DNA of 64,000 bases, from the sequence record ON210138.1; one strand, written 5' to 3'. Position numbers and translations under genes: made by a program. Below, piece by piece: positions 19,695-38,918 of this stretch. The stretch's first letter is position 1. Each line of letters opens with the position of its first letter. A model generated the notes under the pieces. The model ran no database searches and had not been told where the DNA came from. It worked only from the letters and a program-made list of their open reading frames with translations. Source of the DNA: Escherichia phage EC106.

Positions 19695-19888
19695 TTATTC
19701 TCCCCCTTAAAAGCTTTTTCTAAGTTATCTACGAACTCATCATCAATAGGTGTGTCTGTCTTACCCGCAAGGTATCTTGCAAGCTTAAAGAACACTTTCT
19801 CAATCATGTATTCACTTAGAAGGGATAAAATGAGTTTCCAGAAGAAGCTACCTAGATTTTTTAGAAGAATTGCTAGGATTGTAGGCAT
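19691..19888 (-). CDS. small membrane-associated protein (possible lysis-related)
   Basis: 65 aa with hydrophobic N-terminus, adjacent to the spanin-like gene. Confidence 0.35.
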   Translation of the reverse strand: MPTILAILLKNLGSFFWKLILSLLSEYMIEKVFFKLARYLAGKTDTPIDDEFVDNLEKAFKGENK

Positions 19889-19967
19889 TTAATCACCTCA
19901 TCAGCCAAGATGGTGAGAATACCCATAAATAATATTAACACCATCTTAACAATCAGTCAATAAGGGA

Positions 19968-22325
19968 TTAAGCAGTTCTTACCCAAGCCATTAACTTGTA
20001 GAACTGGTTAGTAACACTAAATGCTGAACCAGAACCTGTACCACCAGTGTCACCACTAACCGTATGACTGTGAGCACCAATACCTACAGAGTGGGAATGG
20101 TCGCCAGCACCGCTAGTCCAAAAAGAGAAAGAATGACTGTGGTTCCCTGACGCATAAGTTTCATGACCACCAGACCTATATGCTACTGCATATGATGATG
20201 TTCTATTACCACCTACACCAGTACCGTTCCACGCCTCAATGTAGTGGGTGTGCTCACCATTTGTGCTAGTAGAACCACTACCATAGTGAGAATGACCACC
20301 AGTACTGTTAGTTCCCTTCGTACCATAATCAAAAGATGAAGTGGTAGCAGAGAAACTATGAGTGTGTGAAGGTAAATTACCAACAGCTAACGCCACAGAA
20401 TCTGAACCACCAGTTGTAGCAACATCTGAACCATTTGCTGCTGCAATTCTAATAGTTCTGCCAACACCATTGTTCAGGTACGTCCAAGTTAGACCAGGAA
20501 GTGCTGTATTAGGGTCAACATTACTGTTAAACCACGTTACAATACCTACTGGATAGATTTTGTTAAGGTCTGTAGAGTCACTAATTGCCTGTGCAATCTT
20601 CTGGTCAGTTTCAGCTTTAGTATATGCGCCGATATCTGAAGGGGTTGGTTTAAAATCAGTTGTATAAAACTGTGCTTCTCCAGCGTATTCACCCTTGTCA
20701 TCATAGGCATAGGTGAATGCTGCTAAGCCCAATGAGCCGTACAAAAAAGAGATGCCCCTTGAATGTGCAGCAGTCTTACTAGAGTGCGCAACATGAATTG
20801 CTAAATCTCTTAAGCCGTCAGTAACACCATTATTTCTGACAAAACCTGAGTACCCAATATTAAATGCTGAATGGTCTTCAAGGTTATTTACAGTTACAGT
20901 CATTAAGGATTGGTCTAATAGCTTAGTCTTAACAAAATATCTATTATCTAAGTTAGCCCAATCTTGTGGTTGAACCTGCCCATTAATATACAGGTTCTTA
21001 TTCATACTAACCAATGTTGGCTCTAGGGAAATTTGAGTGCCTGAAAAGCTGTTGCTCAAGGTTACCACGTTAGAATTAGCAGTTCCTACGCCCAGCCACC
21101 ACCTAGATACATTCGCAGTATCAACACCACGGATATATTGTGGCTGTCCCTGTGTTAAGCTCCTTAATACCAAACCCTCGTTGTCAGACACAATAGTTTG
21201 CACATTTGTGAAAGTATTAGATACATTAAGTTTAGCAAGATTACTCAAAGTAGCTGCCGGAATGTATCTAGAGTCAATGTTAGTCCAATCAGAAGGTTGA
21301 ACTTGACCAGTGATTCTTACATTCTTATTAAATGCTACGCCAGACGAGTTTAAGATAATAGAGGTATTGCCCTTGTAATCGTAAAATGTGATATCAGAGC
21401 TTGTATCACCTTTACCAATAAACCATAAATTATTGTACTCGCTATCTTTTGCTAGGATGAATAACTCCTCACCTACATCTTTATTCTGTAACATGATAGC
21501 AGCTTTATTAACTTTTACGGAAATAGGTTTACCGAATGTATTTTCACCGCTAAAAGCATTATTAGCAGCTAACTGTGCAAATCTCTGATTAGCTGCTGTC
21601 TGAGTAAAATATCTAGCATCTAAGTTAGAGAAGTCAGACGGCTGAACTTGACCAGTGATTGATAAAGACCTATTAAAAGAAGCAACCGTGCCTAGAGTGA
21701 GGATGGAACCTTGTTTACTCTCGATTTGAACATCAAGATTACCCCTAATCAGGTTCCCAATAGCCCAAGTTTTTTCATTACTTGCGTCCCTACCTACAAT
21801 AGCAGAGTATGCGCTATCCCCACTCACAGGAGATTTTAATGTTAACTGTTCCCCATTTGCGATGATAGTCTGTTTAGAATTGAATGAGTTTGTAACAGCA
21901 AGCCTTGCATACCTTGCATCATTCTCTTCATTAGCTCTCATCCCAAGTTCATTAGGGCTTGGTTTATTCAGAGTATGATAAACAGTTGCCGACCTTGAAG
22001 CATCTGCAATAGTTAGTTTAAGGCCATTTGCGTTGATTTTAAAAGTCTTTAAAACATCCCCAATAGTAATCTCAGAAGAGCCTGTTGGGTCAAAGACTGC
22101 CTTACCACCATAAAGTAACTTAACAATTCCTAAGTCACCCGTCATAGTGCTGCCAGCAATCTGAACAAATCTTTCTAGTTTAAAAGATGCTAAGAAGTCT
22201 TGATAGGTCATTCGACGGTCTTCATCACCCAGCATTTCAGGTCTCTTTTTAACTCTGACATGAAGAAGGTCATCTGAACGGATTGTATCGATTGAGTTTA
22301 ATTCACTCAACTTGTAATCTGCCAT
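19968..22325 (-). CDS. tail fibre protein with His-rich C-terminal tip
   Basis: 785 aa; three repeats of ITGQVQPSD(F/W)(S/T)N(L/I)D(A/S)RYF, C-terminal HSHS/HTHY-rich region shared with the neighbouring fibre gene. Confidence 0.7.
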   Translation of the reverse strand: MADYKLSELNSIDTIRSDDLLHVRVKKRPEMLGDEDRRMTYQDFLASFKLERFVQIAGSTMTGDLGIVKLLYGGKAVFDPTGSSEITIGDVLKTFKINANGLKLTIADASRSATVYHTLNKPSPNELGMRANEENDARYARLAVTNSFNSKQTIIANGEQLTLKSPVSGDSAYSAIVGRDASNEKTWAIGNLIRGNLDVQIESKQGSILTLGTVASFNRSLSITGQVQPSDFSNLDARYFTQTAANQRFAQLAANNAFSGENTFGKPISVKVNKAAIMLQNKDVGEELFILAKDSEYNNLWFIGKGDTSSDITFYDYKGNTSIILNSSGVAFNKNVRITGQVQPSDWTNIDSRYIPAATLSNLAKLNVSNTFTNVQTIVSDNEGLVLRSLTQGQPQYIRGVDTANVSRWWLGVGTANSNVVTLSNSFSGTQISLEPTLVSMNKNLYINGQVQPQDWANLDNRYFVKTKLLDQSLMTVTVNNLEDHSAFNIGYSGFVRNNGVTDGLRDLAIHVAHSSKTAAHSRGISFLYGSLGLAAFTYAYDDKGEYAGEAQFYTTDFKPTPSDIGAYTKAETDQKIAQAISDSTDLNKIYPVGIVTWFNSNVDPNTALPGLTWTYLNNGVGRTIRIAAANGSDVATTGGSDSVALAVGNLPSHTHSFSATTSSFDYGTKGTNSTGGHSHYGSGSTSTNGEHTHYIEAWNGTGVGGNRTSSYAVAYRSGGHETYASGNHSHSFSFWTSGAGDHSHSVGIGAHSHTVSGDTGGTGSGSAFSVTNQFYKLMAWVRTA

Positions 22326-22371
22326 TATAAATTTTCCTCTAAAAAGGGGCTATAAAGCCCCTGTAAAGAAA

Positions 22372-23544
22372 TTAAGCTGTTCTCTGCCATACATACAGTA
22401 CGAAGGATGGCTGCTCAATATTAACCGCCTGACCTCCACCAACACTATTCGTATTGCCACTATGTGTATGCTCAGAAGAAGAAATTGCCACAGTTCCACT
22501 ATGTGTATGTGAACCAATACCAACTGTGTGGATGTGAGCACCAATACCAACTACGTGGCTGTGGTTACCAGATGCACCAGATGTAACGCTAAAACTGTGT
22601 GAGTGTGCACCATCACTAGATGTCCTTGATGTTCTCCATGCACCACCACCATCAGAGTCAGCTACAGCATTACCAGTACCATCATTTTCTCTAGGGTACA
22701 CATCATGGTTGTGAGTGCCATCTGTACTTGTGTTACCTGATACGTTGTGTGTATGGTTACCAGTTGTATTAGTCTCTTTTGTTCCATAGTCGAAAGAGTT
22801 GGTAGCCTTAGTTCCATAGTCAAAAGCTGAAATTGACACAGTTGCATTATGAGTGTGACCACCACCACTAAGAGACACAGAGTGAGAGTGTTGAGGCATG
22901 TTATTAACTGACAAAGTGACAGTTGAAGAACCAAATACAGAACCTGCTGGTCTTGTGTCAGAGTCATAACCAACCAATGCTCTACCTTTTGAAACTAACT
23001 CCCAAGTACCTCCACAAATTAAATATGTAGAAGGGTTTGCAGAGTTCATGGAAAGATGGATAGTACCTACTGGATAGGAAGCCTGAACAGCCTTGTACAA
23101 GTTATTTACTGCTCTTGCTGTAGCGTACTTATCTGCATCTTCGTTATAAAGGTTAGATGCTGTCCAGTTCTGAACATTACTCAACCCTACCTGTGCCTTA
23201 GTTGTATTGTGTGGGTTACTCTTGTCTTTGATATGTTGTTGGACAAGATTATTAACCTCTTCTGAAGACATAATCTGTAGATTTGCTCTTGCCTCAGCTA
23301 CATTGACAATATCTGATAAGTTATTTGCAGCGACTAACTGAAGAGCGTTAATAACATTATCTAAACCAATTTGTGTTTTAGTAACACCATGAGGGTTATT
23401 TCTTAGGCTTGAGTGTGGAGCAAGTAATTGCTCAAGAGTACATCTCTTATCTTCAATACCCTGCTTAAGATGGAAGATATCACTAAGGTCAATTGGTAAG
23501 GCTGCTTGAGGCAAGGCACTAATTTGAATTTCACCTACTGCCAT
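22372..23544 (-). CDS. tail fibre protein (second), His-rich tip
   Basis: 390 aa; C-terminus HSHSVSLSGGGHTHNAT...AHSHSFSVTSGASGNHSHVVGIGAHIHTVGIGSHTHSG resembles metal-binding HxH tips of T4 gp37-like fibres. Confidence 0.7.
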   Translation of the reverse strand: MAVGEIQISALPQAALPIDLSDIFHLKQGIEDKRCTLEQLLAPHSSLRNNPHGVTKTQIGLDNVINALQLVAANNLSDIVNVAEARANLQIMSSEEVNNLVQQHIKDKSNPHNTTKAQVGLSNVQNWTASNLYNEDADKYATARAVNNLYKAVQASYPVGTIHLSMNSANPSTYLICGGTWELVSKGRALVGYDSDTRPAGSVFGSSTVTLSVNNMPQHSHSVSLSGGGHTHNATVSISAFDYGTKATNSFDYGTKETNTTGNHTHNVSGNTSTDGTHNHDVYPRENDGTGNAVADSDGGGAWRTSRTSSDGAHSHSFSVTSGASGNHSHVVGIGAHIHTVGIGSHTHSGTVAISSSEHTHSGNTNSVGGGQAVNIEQPSFVLYVWQRTA

Positions 23545-23546
23545 TA

Positions 23547-31580
<8,034 letters not shown>

Positions 31581-31581
<1 letters not shown>

Positions 31582-31820
31582 TACATTTTTCCTGCTCTTC
31601 TAAGTTCGTTGTAAGCAATTTCCTCTTTATACGACCTCTGAATCTCAAGAAATTGTCTCAATGATAATAAATCAGAGAATGTCATAGCAAAGAGTTGGTC
31701 AAGTGTTTCTTTACACCCTTCCATACCATAAATAGCAAGCACAAATTTCATCTCGTCTGCTTCTTCATAGGTTGCCTCTACAGCAGCATCAGTTAGTGGT
31801 GTCTGTAGAGTGTTACCCAT
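31581..31820 (-). CDS. tail assembly chaperone (second, gpT-like)
   Basis: 79 aa ORF between chaperone and tape measure. Confidence 0.45.
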
Positions 31821-31822
31821 GT

Positions 31823-32221
31823 TTACTGAGAAGTTAGGCTTTTGAAAATGCTTGCTTCGAAAAAACTTCCGAAGTTTGCCTCCAGCGCAAACGCTAAGTA
31901 ATCAATGAACTCACCATAGTTTGCTTGGAAGTACGTATCAATATTAAGCGGGAAGTCATCAACAGTTGCCCCTTGAAATAATAAGGTAGCCATCTCTTCA
32001 AGGTTAATTTCTTCAATTCTGTCAAAACAAGCTTCAACAAGTTCTTTAAATGGAACCATTGGAGCTTCTTTCTTACCCTTGTCAGTCAGACTTGATAGCA
32101 TCTGTGCAAAAGTTGGAACAACAATTTTACCCAACTTCATAGACATCTTAATACCATCTCTTGCCCCAAGCAGAATGATATTCACCTTCTTACCATTAAT
32201 TACTCTAGATTCTGTTTTCAT
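31823..32221 (-). CDS. tail assembly chaperone (gpG-like)
   Basis: 132 aa; position between tube and tape measure. Confidence 0.5.
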   Translation of the reverse strand: MKTESRVINGKKVNIILLGARDGIKMSMKLGKIVVPTFAQMLSSLTDKGKKEAPMVPFKELVEACFDRIEEINLEEMATLLFQGATVDDFPLNIDTYFQANYGEFIDYLAFALEANFGSFFEASIFKSLTSQ

Positions 32222-32294
32222 TGTGATTCCTTAATACTTTTAAAAGAAACAAAAAAGGGGAAGACCTTTTAAAGTCTCCCCCTTATAGGATTTA

Positions 32295-32741
32295 TTAAAC
32301 ACTTGACGCTGGAATCGTAGAAGTGTAGTCTAGCTTCTCACAACCAAAAATCCAAGTTTTAGAGTTCTGGTCACGACCAAGTTCAATCTGTGGTAGTTCC
32401 TGCAACCAAGCATTAATACCAGTTGCCAGAACAGAGCCTGATGGGTCGTAGATTACGAAGTTAGAAGAGATATCTTCTTCAAGTTCCATATTGTCTTGTT
32501 TAGCTTGAATTGCAGAAAGCATCTGGTTAGAGAGAGAAGTCTGCATTAACTCAATCTCAATAGTACCTGTCTTGTCTGCATTTCTTGTCAGAGCAACTTG
32601 ACCACCCGCACCTACAACTGGTGTCACAAGTGGTGATGTTCTCTGTAGACGTAAGAATGAGTCTGGGGCAAAGCCTTCAATGGCAATACCATTCCAGCTA
32701 CACACAACGTCTTTAGGGGAATATTGCTGATACATAGCCAT
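32295..32741 (-). CDS. tail tube protein
   Basis: 148 aa directly downstream of sheath gene. Confidence 0.6.
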   Translation of the reverse strand: MAMYQQYSPKDVVCSWNGIAIEGFAPDSFLRLQRTSPLVTPVVGAGGQVALTRNADKTGTIEIELMQTSLSNQMLSAIQAKQDNMELEEDISSNFVIYDPSGSVLATGINAWLQELPQIELGRDQNSKTWIFGCEKLDYTSTIPASSV

Positions 32742-32756
32742 TCCAATTTACCTCTA

Positions 32757-34109
32757 TTATTCGTAAGCCACTGTACCTTTCAAGTCAACATCCAAGATAG
32801 CCCCTGCTAAGATACCTGAGAAGGTAACGTCTTTCAGGATACGCGCTTTCTTGTCTGCTAAAGCAACTTGAGAGGCTTTAGGAACATTAACTGTGTAAGA
32901 TGACAGGAAGTTTCTGTTGACTGCTCTTTGCAGAGAGGTTTCAATGACTTGACGAATACGGGTAATACCAGTATCATCATAAGTAATCTTACCACCCTTC
33001 TGGTTAATTAGCAAGTCTCTCAGAGAAGTTTTCAGGTCTGATTCTAACCAGTCAACACCACGGATGATATCAATCCATTCCCCACCAGAAGTAATCCCTC
33101 TACGAACCACTGGAACACCACCATCGAGGTCAATAAAGTTACAGTGACGTGCATCTAAAGCTGACTTCTGAATACTTGTCAGAGGTCTCTTATTAGTTGG
33201 CTGTAGAGAAGCAGCTACACCAGTTAGCTGAGCATTACCCCAAGCAATCGAGCCTGCATCATATGGAGCACCATAAGCAATGTATGCCATTTCTGGATAG
33301 TCTTCTGCTGCCGTGTGATGCCACAAGCAAACTGTGCGAGTATACATACCCTTAGCAAGCTGTGCTGGAACATCATTTGCACTGGCTAATTCTGTGCCTT
33401 GTAGGGCTGTTACATTAGAGTTAGCTGTAAAGAAAATCTTCTTACGGGCTTGAATCTCAGAAGCCATTGCTAAGACAAACTGTTGAGTTCTATCTTCTGC
33501 TGCAATGAAATACCAGTCAGTAGAATAGGCTTCAATAGCTGCCAGAGCAGTTGATGCTGTATCGGCAGTTGTACTTGCAATATATACAGTCTTTGCTGTG
33601 GTTGTTACTTTCACAAAGTCATTATCACCAGCTTTGGTAATAATCATTGTGGCAGAGCCATTGCTACCAGTCACATTCACAGAAACCTTATCTTTGATTG
33701 TTGGGTCAGCTTCAATCTGTGTTTTAAACTGTTGCAAAACTTTCTCAGCAGTGTCTGATTTCAGTGCTGTGTACTGGTATGGTTGAGAAATTCCACCACC
33801 AACAGCAACAGTAATTGAGTAGTCTGTACTTTCGGTAACGGCATCAGGAATTGATACAGTGTACTGCATAGCACGTCTACCAATATAAAGCTGAGTTACT
33901 TTAGGAGTCTGACTCCAAAGTTGTTTAGCAGCCTTATATGCAGCAGACCTCTCATCGAAATCTTCAGCAACTTCAGTTAAGGAAGTGTAGCCACGGACTC
34001 TTTCTTCAAAGTTGTCTGTTGAAGCTAAGAATAGTGGCAAGCCAAAACCTTCTCTTGTAGTTCCTGCGGTGTTCAATGTAATATCTACATTAACAATTGG
34101 ATTCCACAT
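32757..34109 (-). CDS. tail sheath protein
   Basis: 450 aa; size and position typical of contractile-tail sheath. Confidence 0.65.
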   Translation of the reverse strand: MWNPIVNVDITLNTAGTTREGFGLPLFLASTDNFEERVRGYTSLTEVAEDFDERSAAYKAAKQLWSQTPKVTQLYIGRRAMQYTVSIPDAVTESTDYSITVAVGGGISQPYQYTALKSDTAEKVLQQFKTQIEADPTIKDKVSVNVTGSNGSATMIITKAGDNDFVKVTTTAKTVYIASTTADTASTALAAIEAYSTDWYFIAAEDRTQQFVLAMASEIQARKKIFFTANSNVTALQGTELASANDVPAQLAKGMYTRTVCLWHHTAAEDYPEMAYIAYGAPYDAGSIAWGNAQLTGVAASLQPTNKRPLTSIQKSALDARHCNFIDLDGGVPVVRRGITSGGEWIDIIRGVDWLESDLKTSLRDLLINQKGGKITYDDTGITRIRQVIETSLQRAVNRNFLSSYTVNVPKASQVALADKKARILKDVTFSGILAGAILDVDLKGTVAYE

Positions 34110-34709
34110 TTATTTTACCCCTTTGGAGTCTACATCTAGATGGATAGTATATTCTGGTGGCTCTTGTCCTTCTTCATAAACCAACTCACCATCAACAATG
34201 ACACGCTCGATAATACTTCCACGTTCATCTTTCAGGACTGAGTTTTTTACAAGAGTTACAACAAGAGGTGCAGAATTTTCGAAATCTGTATTGAGATAAG
34301 TGTAATCATTTGGGATTGCTCCAGTGTCTAGCACTGTAGCCCCTGTTTCTTCAAGGATTAAATCTCTGACTGAACTCATCTCTAATCGTTGTTTAAGCTC
34401 AAGCATAATACTGTGAGCACCTTTACCATTTACCGTAATTAATACAGGAATCTGAAAAGCAATTCTGTAGCAAACTACATCACCCTCAACAAACTTATCA
34501 AGAACCCAACCATAAGGTGTTGCAGCATCTTGACAATATACGGTAATAAATGGCTGGTCAGGTTTTAAACCTTTGTCATTTGAGTTATCAGAAGGGTAAG
34601 CTCTAATTACATTTGGTCTATTATTCTTATCACGAGCTAGTCTGTGACCAATAACATCCACTAAGGTTCTAACTAGACCTTTTTCAAGTTCTGCTGTTTC
34701 TAACTGCAT
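34110..34709 (-). CDS. head-tail joining / tail completion protein
   Basis: 199 aa; gene order. Confidence 0.4.
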   Translation of the reverse strand: MQLETAELEKGLVRTLVDVIGHRLARDKNNRPNVIRAYPSDNSNDKGLKPDQPFITVYCQDAATPYGWVLDKFVEGDVVCYRIAFQIPVLITVNGKGAHSIMLELKQRLEMSSVRDLILEETGATVLDTGAIPNDYTYLNTDFENSAPLVVTLVKNSVLKDERGSIIERVIVDGELVYEEGQEPPEYTIHLDVDSKGVK

Positions 34710-35085
34710 TCATTTTATCCCTTCTAATAATGATATATTCATAATGGGACGTATGGGCTAATTGCTGTGACCAATCCATAGTCATAAATACTTCATACTC
34801 ATGACCATCAATCATAACAATGTCAGACTCATTCCACTCTACATCATCTGAAGTTCTAAGCTTATATGTGGTATACAGGATTCTTGTATCGGTAAGACTA
34901 ATACCTTCCGGTAAAGCAATCTGTGTACCATTCTTTACAGAACCTTTGATATATGGCTGAATATTACCTTTACAGTTAACCTCTACAATATCTTGTGAAG
35001 CTACCCAATCACCATCATCATTATAATAACCGTCTTCAGAGACTTTACGCTTTACTACAAAGCTGTGTCTGTTTAAGAGTCTCAT
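34684..35085 (-). CDS. head-tail connector protein
   Basis: 133 aa; gene order. Confidence 0.4.
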   Translation of the reverse strand: MRLLNRHSFVVKRKVSEDGYYNDDGDWVASQDIVEVNCKGNIQPYIKGSVKNGTQIALPEGISLTDTRILYTTYKLRTSDDVEWNESDIVMIDGHEYEVFMTMDWSQQLAHTSHYEYIIIRRDKMNAVRNSRT

Positions 35086-35564
35086 TTCTTAATACCCTTC
35101 TTAGTAGAAATTTTATAAGCAAGGTTATCCCTTAAGTCACCTGTCTCAACAAGAGGTGCGTTAAAGCCTTTTTTCTTGACTGTGGAAGGTGCGTTAGGAG
35201 GGAGGATAGCAGAATTACCAAAACCCTTTTTAATTGCCTTCTGAGCATTCTTTGCAAATGCTTCTAAGGTATTTGAGGGGTCTGTATTGAGACTGCTAAG
35301 TTGCTTATATAGATTCTTCTTAGTCTGCTCTAACAAGGTCTGTTTGTTTAGCATCATAGTGATTTCAAACAACCTACGATATACTTTACCAGAAGCTGAA
35401 GGAACCCCAATAACTTCTTGTAAATACATTAAAGCAGGATAAGAAAAACCAGAGCTATGTTGACCTTGTTCTTGAAAATACCCAACTTGAGCATTAGCCG
35501 TTTGCAAGTTCTTCATAGCCCCGACTAATTTTGCTCTAGCGGGGTGAATAACCCTTTTAACCAT
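35082..35564 (-). CDS. head-tail adaptor/neck protein
   Basis: 160 aa; gene order. Confidence 0.4.
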   Translation of the reverse strand: MVKRVIHPARAKLVGAMKNLQTANAQVGYFQEQGQHSSGFSYPALMYLQEVIGVPSASGKVYRRLFEITMMLNKQTLLEQTKKNLYKQLSSLNTDPSNTLEAFAKNAQKAIKKGFGNSAILPPNAPSTVKKKGFNAPLVETGDLRDNLAYKISTKKGIKK

Positions 35565-36013
35565 TATTCATCTCGCTCGATAATAAATACGCCATTAACA
35601 CGGTTGCAGTAATCTCTGCCTTCGTATCTGGCAGCATCACCATATTCTGTGTATTTCTTGACAGAGCAAGGATTCTGACGACGCATATCAATATCACACT
35701 GATTAATACCACCTGCATAAGGTAGTCCTGAAACAGAGCTTTTAACAAGGTCGTCATAAACAGCTTTCAGAGATTTGAATCTGGAAGAGTTACGTAAATA
35801 AACACCACCAACCTTCTCATCTCCCATCTTGGCTACTTGAAAGAGTAAATATTTAAGAGCTTTGATGGCTGCTTTCTTTTCATCCTTTCCAGATTCTAGA
35901 TAGAACCACTCTAGCACAGACTGCTCAATAAGAATTTCATCATTATTGGTGTCTGTGCAGAGGATTCTTACTCTATCAAGAGGGTTATTGGCTGGGTCGC
36001 CTGTATAACACAT
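35564..36013 (-). CDS. head completion protein
   Basis: 149 aa; directly downstream of capsid gene. Confidence 0.4.
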   Translation of the reverse strand: MCYTGDPANNPLDRVRILCTDTNNDEILIEQSVLEWFYLESGKDEKKAAIKALKYLLFQVAKMGDEKVGGVYLRNSSRFKSLKAVYDDLVKSSVSGLPYAGGINQCDIDMRRQNPCSVKKYTEYGDAARYEGRDYCNRVNGVFIIERDE

Positions 36014-36034
36014 TCATAACCCTCCTTAAGAATA

Positions 36035-37138
36035 TTAGCCTCTAGCGTCAGCGCGAACATCTACCAGCAACTGAGGACGAGTGCAGTATGGCAGCATGTA
36101 AGAGTGAGCTTCGAAGTCAATACCTTCGTCACGGTCTTTTTCGTATTCAAATACGTACAGTTCCTGACCAAGTGTATTTGCATAACCCATCTTAGGACAT
36201 GGGCCATATGCAACTTCGAAGATGTTGTTAGCTTCACCTAGCATAGATACGTCAGGGAAAGCATGACCAACACCAACAGTGTCTGCTACGCTGTCAATGC
36301 TCACCAGAGTATGAACCTTACCACGCTTGTCTTTGAACTTACCGTTGTACTGGACAAACTTAACACCACCGTAGTAGAAAGTATTCATGTGAGCCTGAAC
36401 ACCGTCAGAACCACCAGTTCTCAGAGAACCAGTAATCTGTTGCCAAGCCAGCGGAGTCTGCTGTGCAAGATAAGCGTCACGAATCTTAGGATGCTTAACC
36501 AGTTTGCTGAAGAATACACGGTCAACAACTACGTGAATTTCTTCGCCGTTGATTACAGTGCCAGTCTTAGCTTCATCTTCCATGTGCATACGTAGTTCTT
36601 CGATAGAAGCATCGATGTCAGCATTAGGGTTGGCAAGGTCGAAGTAAACAGTCTTCTTCTCAACGTCGAACTGCTTGTACAGGTCAGCGTACAGAGTACC
36701 ACGAGCATCAACAACTTTACCCTTCAGAGCTTGCATAAACAGGAACTCACGAGTAATATCGAACTTGGTACGAATCTTCATCAGCTTCTTAGCACGTACT
36801 ACAGCTTCAGTAGTCAGTTCGTTTGCAGTGCCTGGCTGACGTACACCCTGAATCTCATCAGGAGTAATGCTTTCAACTTCTTTGAAGTACATCATTGGGA
36901 AGCTGATTTGACGAACACGCTCAGGTGCGCTAGTCTCTGCTTTACGGCTATCACGGTCTACCGCATCAAGCAAGCTAACATCCCAATCAGTCAAGTCCAT
37001 AAGGAAAGTGGTTTGGGTGATTGGTGCTGAACGGAACAGACCTAAGTTGGAAATATACCCATAAGTATTTGGGATAGACTGGACTTCACCAGTCAGGTCA
37101 GCAAGGAAAAATCTGCTTTTTTCAGAATTAGTCAACAT
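36035..37138 (-). CDS. major capsid protein
   Basis: 367 aa; sits between decoration-like and protease genes and head completion genes. Confidence 0.7.
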   Translation of the reverse strand: MLTNSEKSRFFLADLTGEVQSIPNTYGYISNLGLFRSAPITQTTFLMDLTDWDVSLLDAVDRDSRKAETSAPERVRQISFPMMYFKEVESITPDEIQGVRQPGTANELTTEAVVRAKKLMKIRTKFDITREFLFMQALKGKVVDARGTLYADLYKQFDVEKKTVYFDLANPNADIDASIEELRMHMEDEAKTGTVINGEEIHVVVDRVFFSKLVKHPKIRDAYLAQQTPLAWQQITGSLRTGGSDGVQAHMNTFYYGGVKFVQYNGKFKDKRGKVHTLVSIDSVADTVGVGHAFPDVSMLGEANNIFEVAYGPCPKMGYANTLGQELYVFEYEKDRDEGIDFEAHSYMLPYCTRPQLLVDVRADARG

Positions 37139-37171
37139 TGTAAAATTCTCCAGAATGTCTTATTATTGTTA

Positions 37172-37549
37172 TTACAGGCCAGTTGGTACGAAATCAATAC
37201 CTTTAGCAGCCAGAGCTTTCTTGACTTCAGCAGCATTAACGCTTGATTCAAGAGTCAGCAGGTCTTTTAGTTCTGCATCACGGTAAATACCAACAACTTT
37301 CAACTGACCATGATAAGACAGTTGCAGGTCTGCATAAAAGTTAACGATACATACTGAATCAGCCTGAGCTTCTTGCCCTGCTGTAACCTTAGTACCGTCT
37401 GCTTTCAGAACTTCACCTACACGATATTCTGTAGATGCCTGTGGAGTGTACTCTTTACGAGAGTGGCCTGTTGGGGTAACCTGTTCCCAAAGAATGATAT
37501 CATTCAGAGGTTCTCTTTTACCTAGCTTAGTAAAACCTTGATATGCCAT
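37172..37549 (-). CDS. head decoration protein (lambda gpD-like position)
   Basis: 125 aa immediately upstream of the capsid gene. Confidence 0.5.
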   Translation of the reverse strand: MAYQGFTKLGKREPLNDIILWEQVTPTGHSRKEYTPQASTEYRVGEVLKADGTKVTAGQEAQADSVCIVNFYADLQLSYHGQLKVVGIYRDAELKDLLTLESSVNAAEVKKALAAKGIDFVPTGL

Positions 37550-37560
37550 TATTGTGTTCC

Positions 37561-38907
37561 TTATTTGATAAGAGATTTTAGAGCATTCTGGAGAGCCAGT
37601 TTGCGTTGTTCAGCGGTGTCTTCGGAAGCATTCTTAGCTGGTTCTTTTTCTTCTTCAACCAAGTCAGCTTCGCCGTCATTACCCATTTCTTCCATAGCAT
37701 TAGAATGTTCAAGAACAGCACCAGCAGTTTCTTTCAGCTTGGTAATTTCTGATTCTTTTTCTTCCATTGCAGAAGCATGGGACGCGATAGTTTCATTAAG
37801 TTTCTGGTTAGCACCTTCCATAGCATTCATAAACAGAACACTCAGAGGGTTATCAAGACCAGCACCTAAAATAGTCGTTGCAGCTTCTTTTGCATCAAAC
37901 CCAAAAGCTTCAGCAGAAGCAGAAATCTTATTAGTCAAATCTGACAAAGCAGCTTCCTGTTCTTTAGCTTTCATTTGAGCAACCTGAAGACGCAAAGCTT
38001 CTAGTTCTTGCTTTTCTTGTTCAGTCATTTCTTCACCTGAATTGTTAACGTTTAAACTTACAGGAGCCTCTTCAGAACCTTGTAAGTAATTTAAGAAATC
38101 ATCTTGAGACATGATTGAGTTAATTAAACCAAGTTCAAGAGCTTCCTGAGCAGAATAAACATTCGCCTCAGTATTCTTTACAGCTTCTTCAGAGAGATTA
38201 CGAGATTCGGCTACAAAACCTGTAAAGGTTGCGTAGGTATCATTAATTCTCTTTTGAAGTCTTTCTTTGCTTTCTTCTGAAAGTGCTTGGAATGGTGAAC
38301 CCATACCTTTAAACTCACCAGCTTTGATGACGTTAATTGTTACGCCATTCTTTTCAAACGCCTTAGTTAATTCCTGATGAACCATAATTACACCAATAGA
38401 ACCAACATCTGCATCTGGTGATGCAATAATTTCTTCAGCAGAAGATGCAAGAGCGTATGCAGCGGAACAAGCGAACTCATCTACATAGGCAATAATTTTC
38501 TTTTGGCCTCTTGAAGCCATAATGTGACGTGCTAATTCAAAGCAACCTGAAGCTTCACCACCACCAGAATCAATATGCAGAACGATAGTCTTGATTGACT
38601 CATCTGCTAAAGCTTCGTCAAAGCCTCTACGTAAACCTTCATAAGAGCTTAAACCACCTGTACACATTGCATCAATGAATGTCATACGATGAGTTAAACC
38701 ACCCATAATAGGAATAATAGCAATGTCATCTCTTACTTTTAAAAGACTTCTTGCGTCACCTTTGGGTTTATCAAAGTTTACTGCTGCTTGGACATCACCC
38801 AGCAATCTGTTATTCACATAAGTTGCTGCTGAGTGAGCTAATGATTCAGTGGCTAGTAAAGGTTGGTTGAATAATCTATCAGCAAGTCTGAAGATATTCG
38901 AACTCAT
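37561..38907 (-). CDS. prohead protease (S49/ClpP-type) fused to scaffold-like C-terminal domain
   Basis: 448 aa; N-terminal serine-peptidase region (IVLHIDSGGGEASG, SAAYALAS), C-terminal coiled-coil/acidic region. Confidence 0.65.
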   Translation of the reverse strand: MSSNIFRLADRLFNQPLLATESLAHSAATYVNNRLLGDVQAAVNFDKPKGDARSLLKVRDDIAIIPIMGGLTHRMTFIDAMCTGGLSSYEGLRRGFDEALADESIKTIVLHIDSGGGEASGCFELARHIMASRGQKKIIAYVDEFACSAAYALASSAEEIIASPDADVGSIGVIMVHQELTKAFEKNGVTINVIKAGEFKGMGSPFQALSEESKERLQKRINDTYATFTGFVAESRNLSEEAVKNTEANVYSAQEALELGLINSIMSQDDFLNYLQGSEEAPVSLNVNNSGEEMTEQEKQELEALRLQVAQMKAKEQEAALSDLTNKISASAEAFGFDAKEAATTILGAGLDNPLSVLFMNAMEGANQKLNETIASHASAMEEKESEITKLKETAGAVLEHSNAMEEMGNDGEADLVEEEKEPAKNASEDTAEQRKLALQNALKSLIK

Positions 38908-38918
38908 TTTTACTCACC

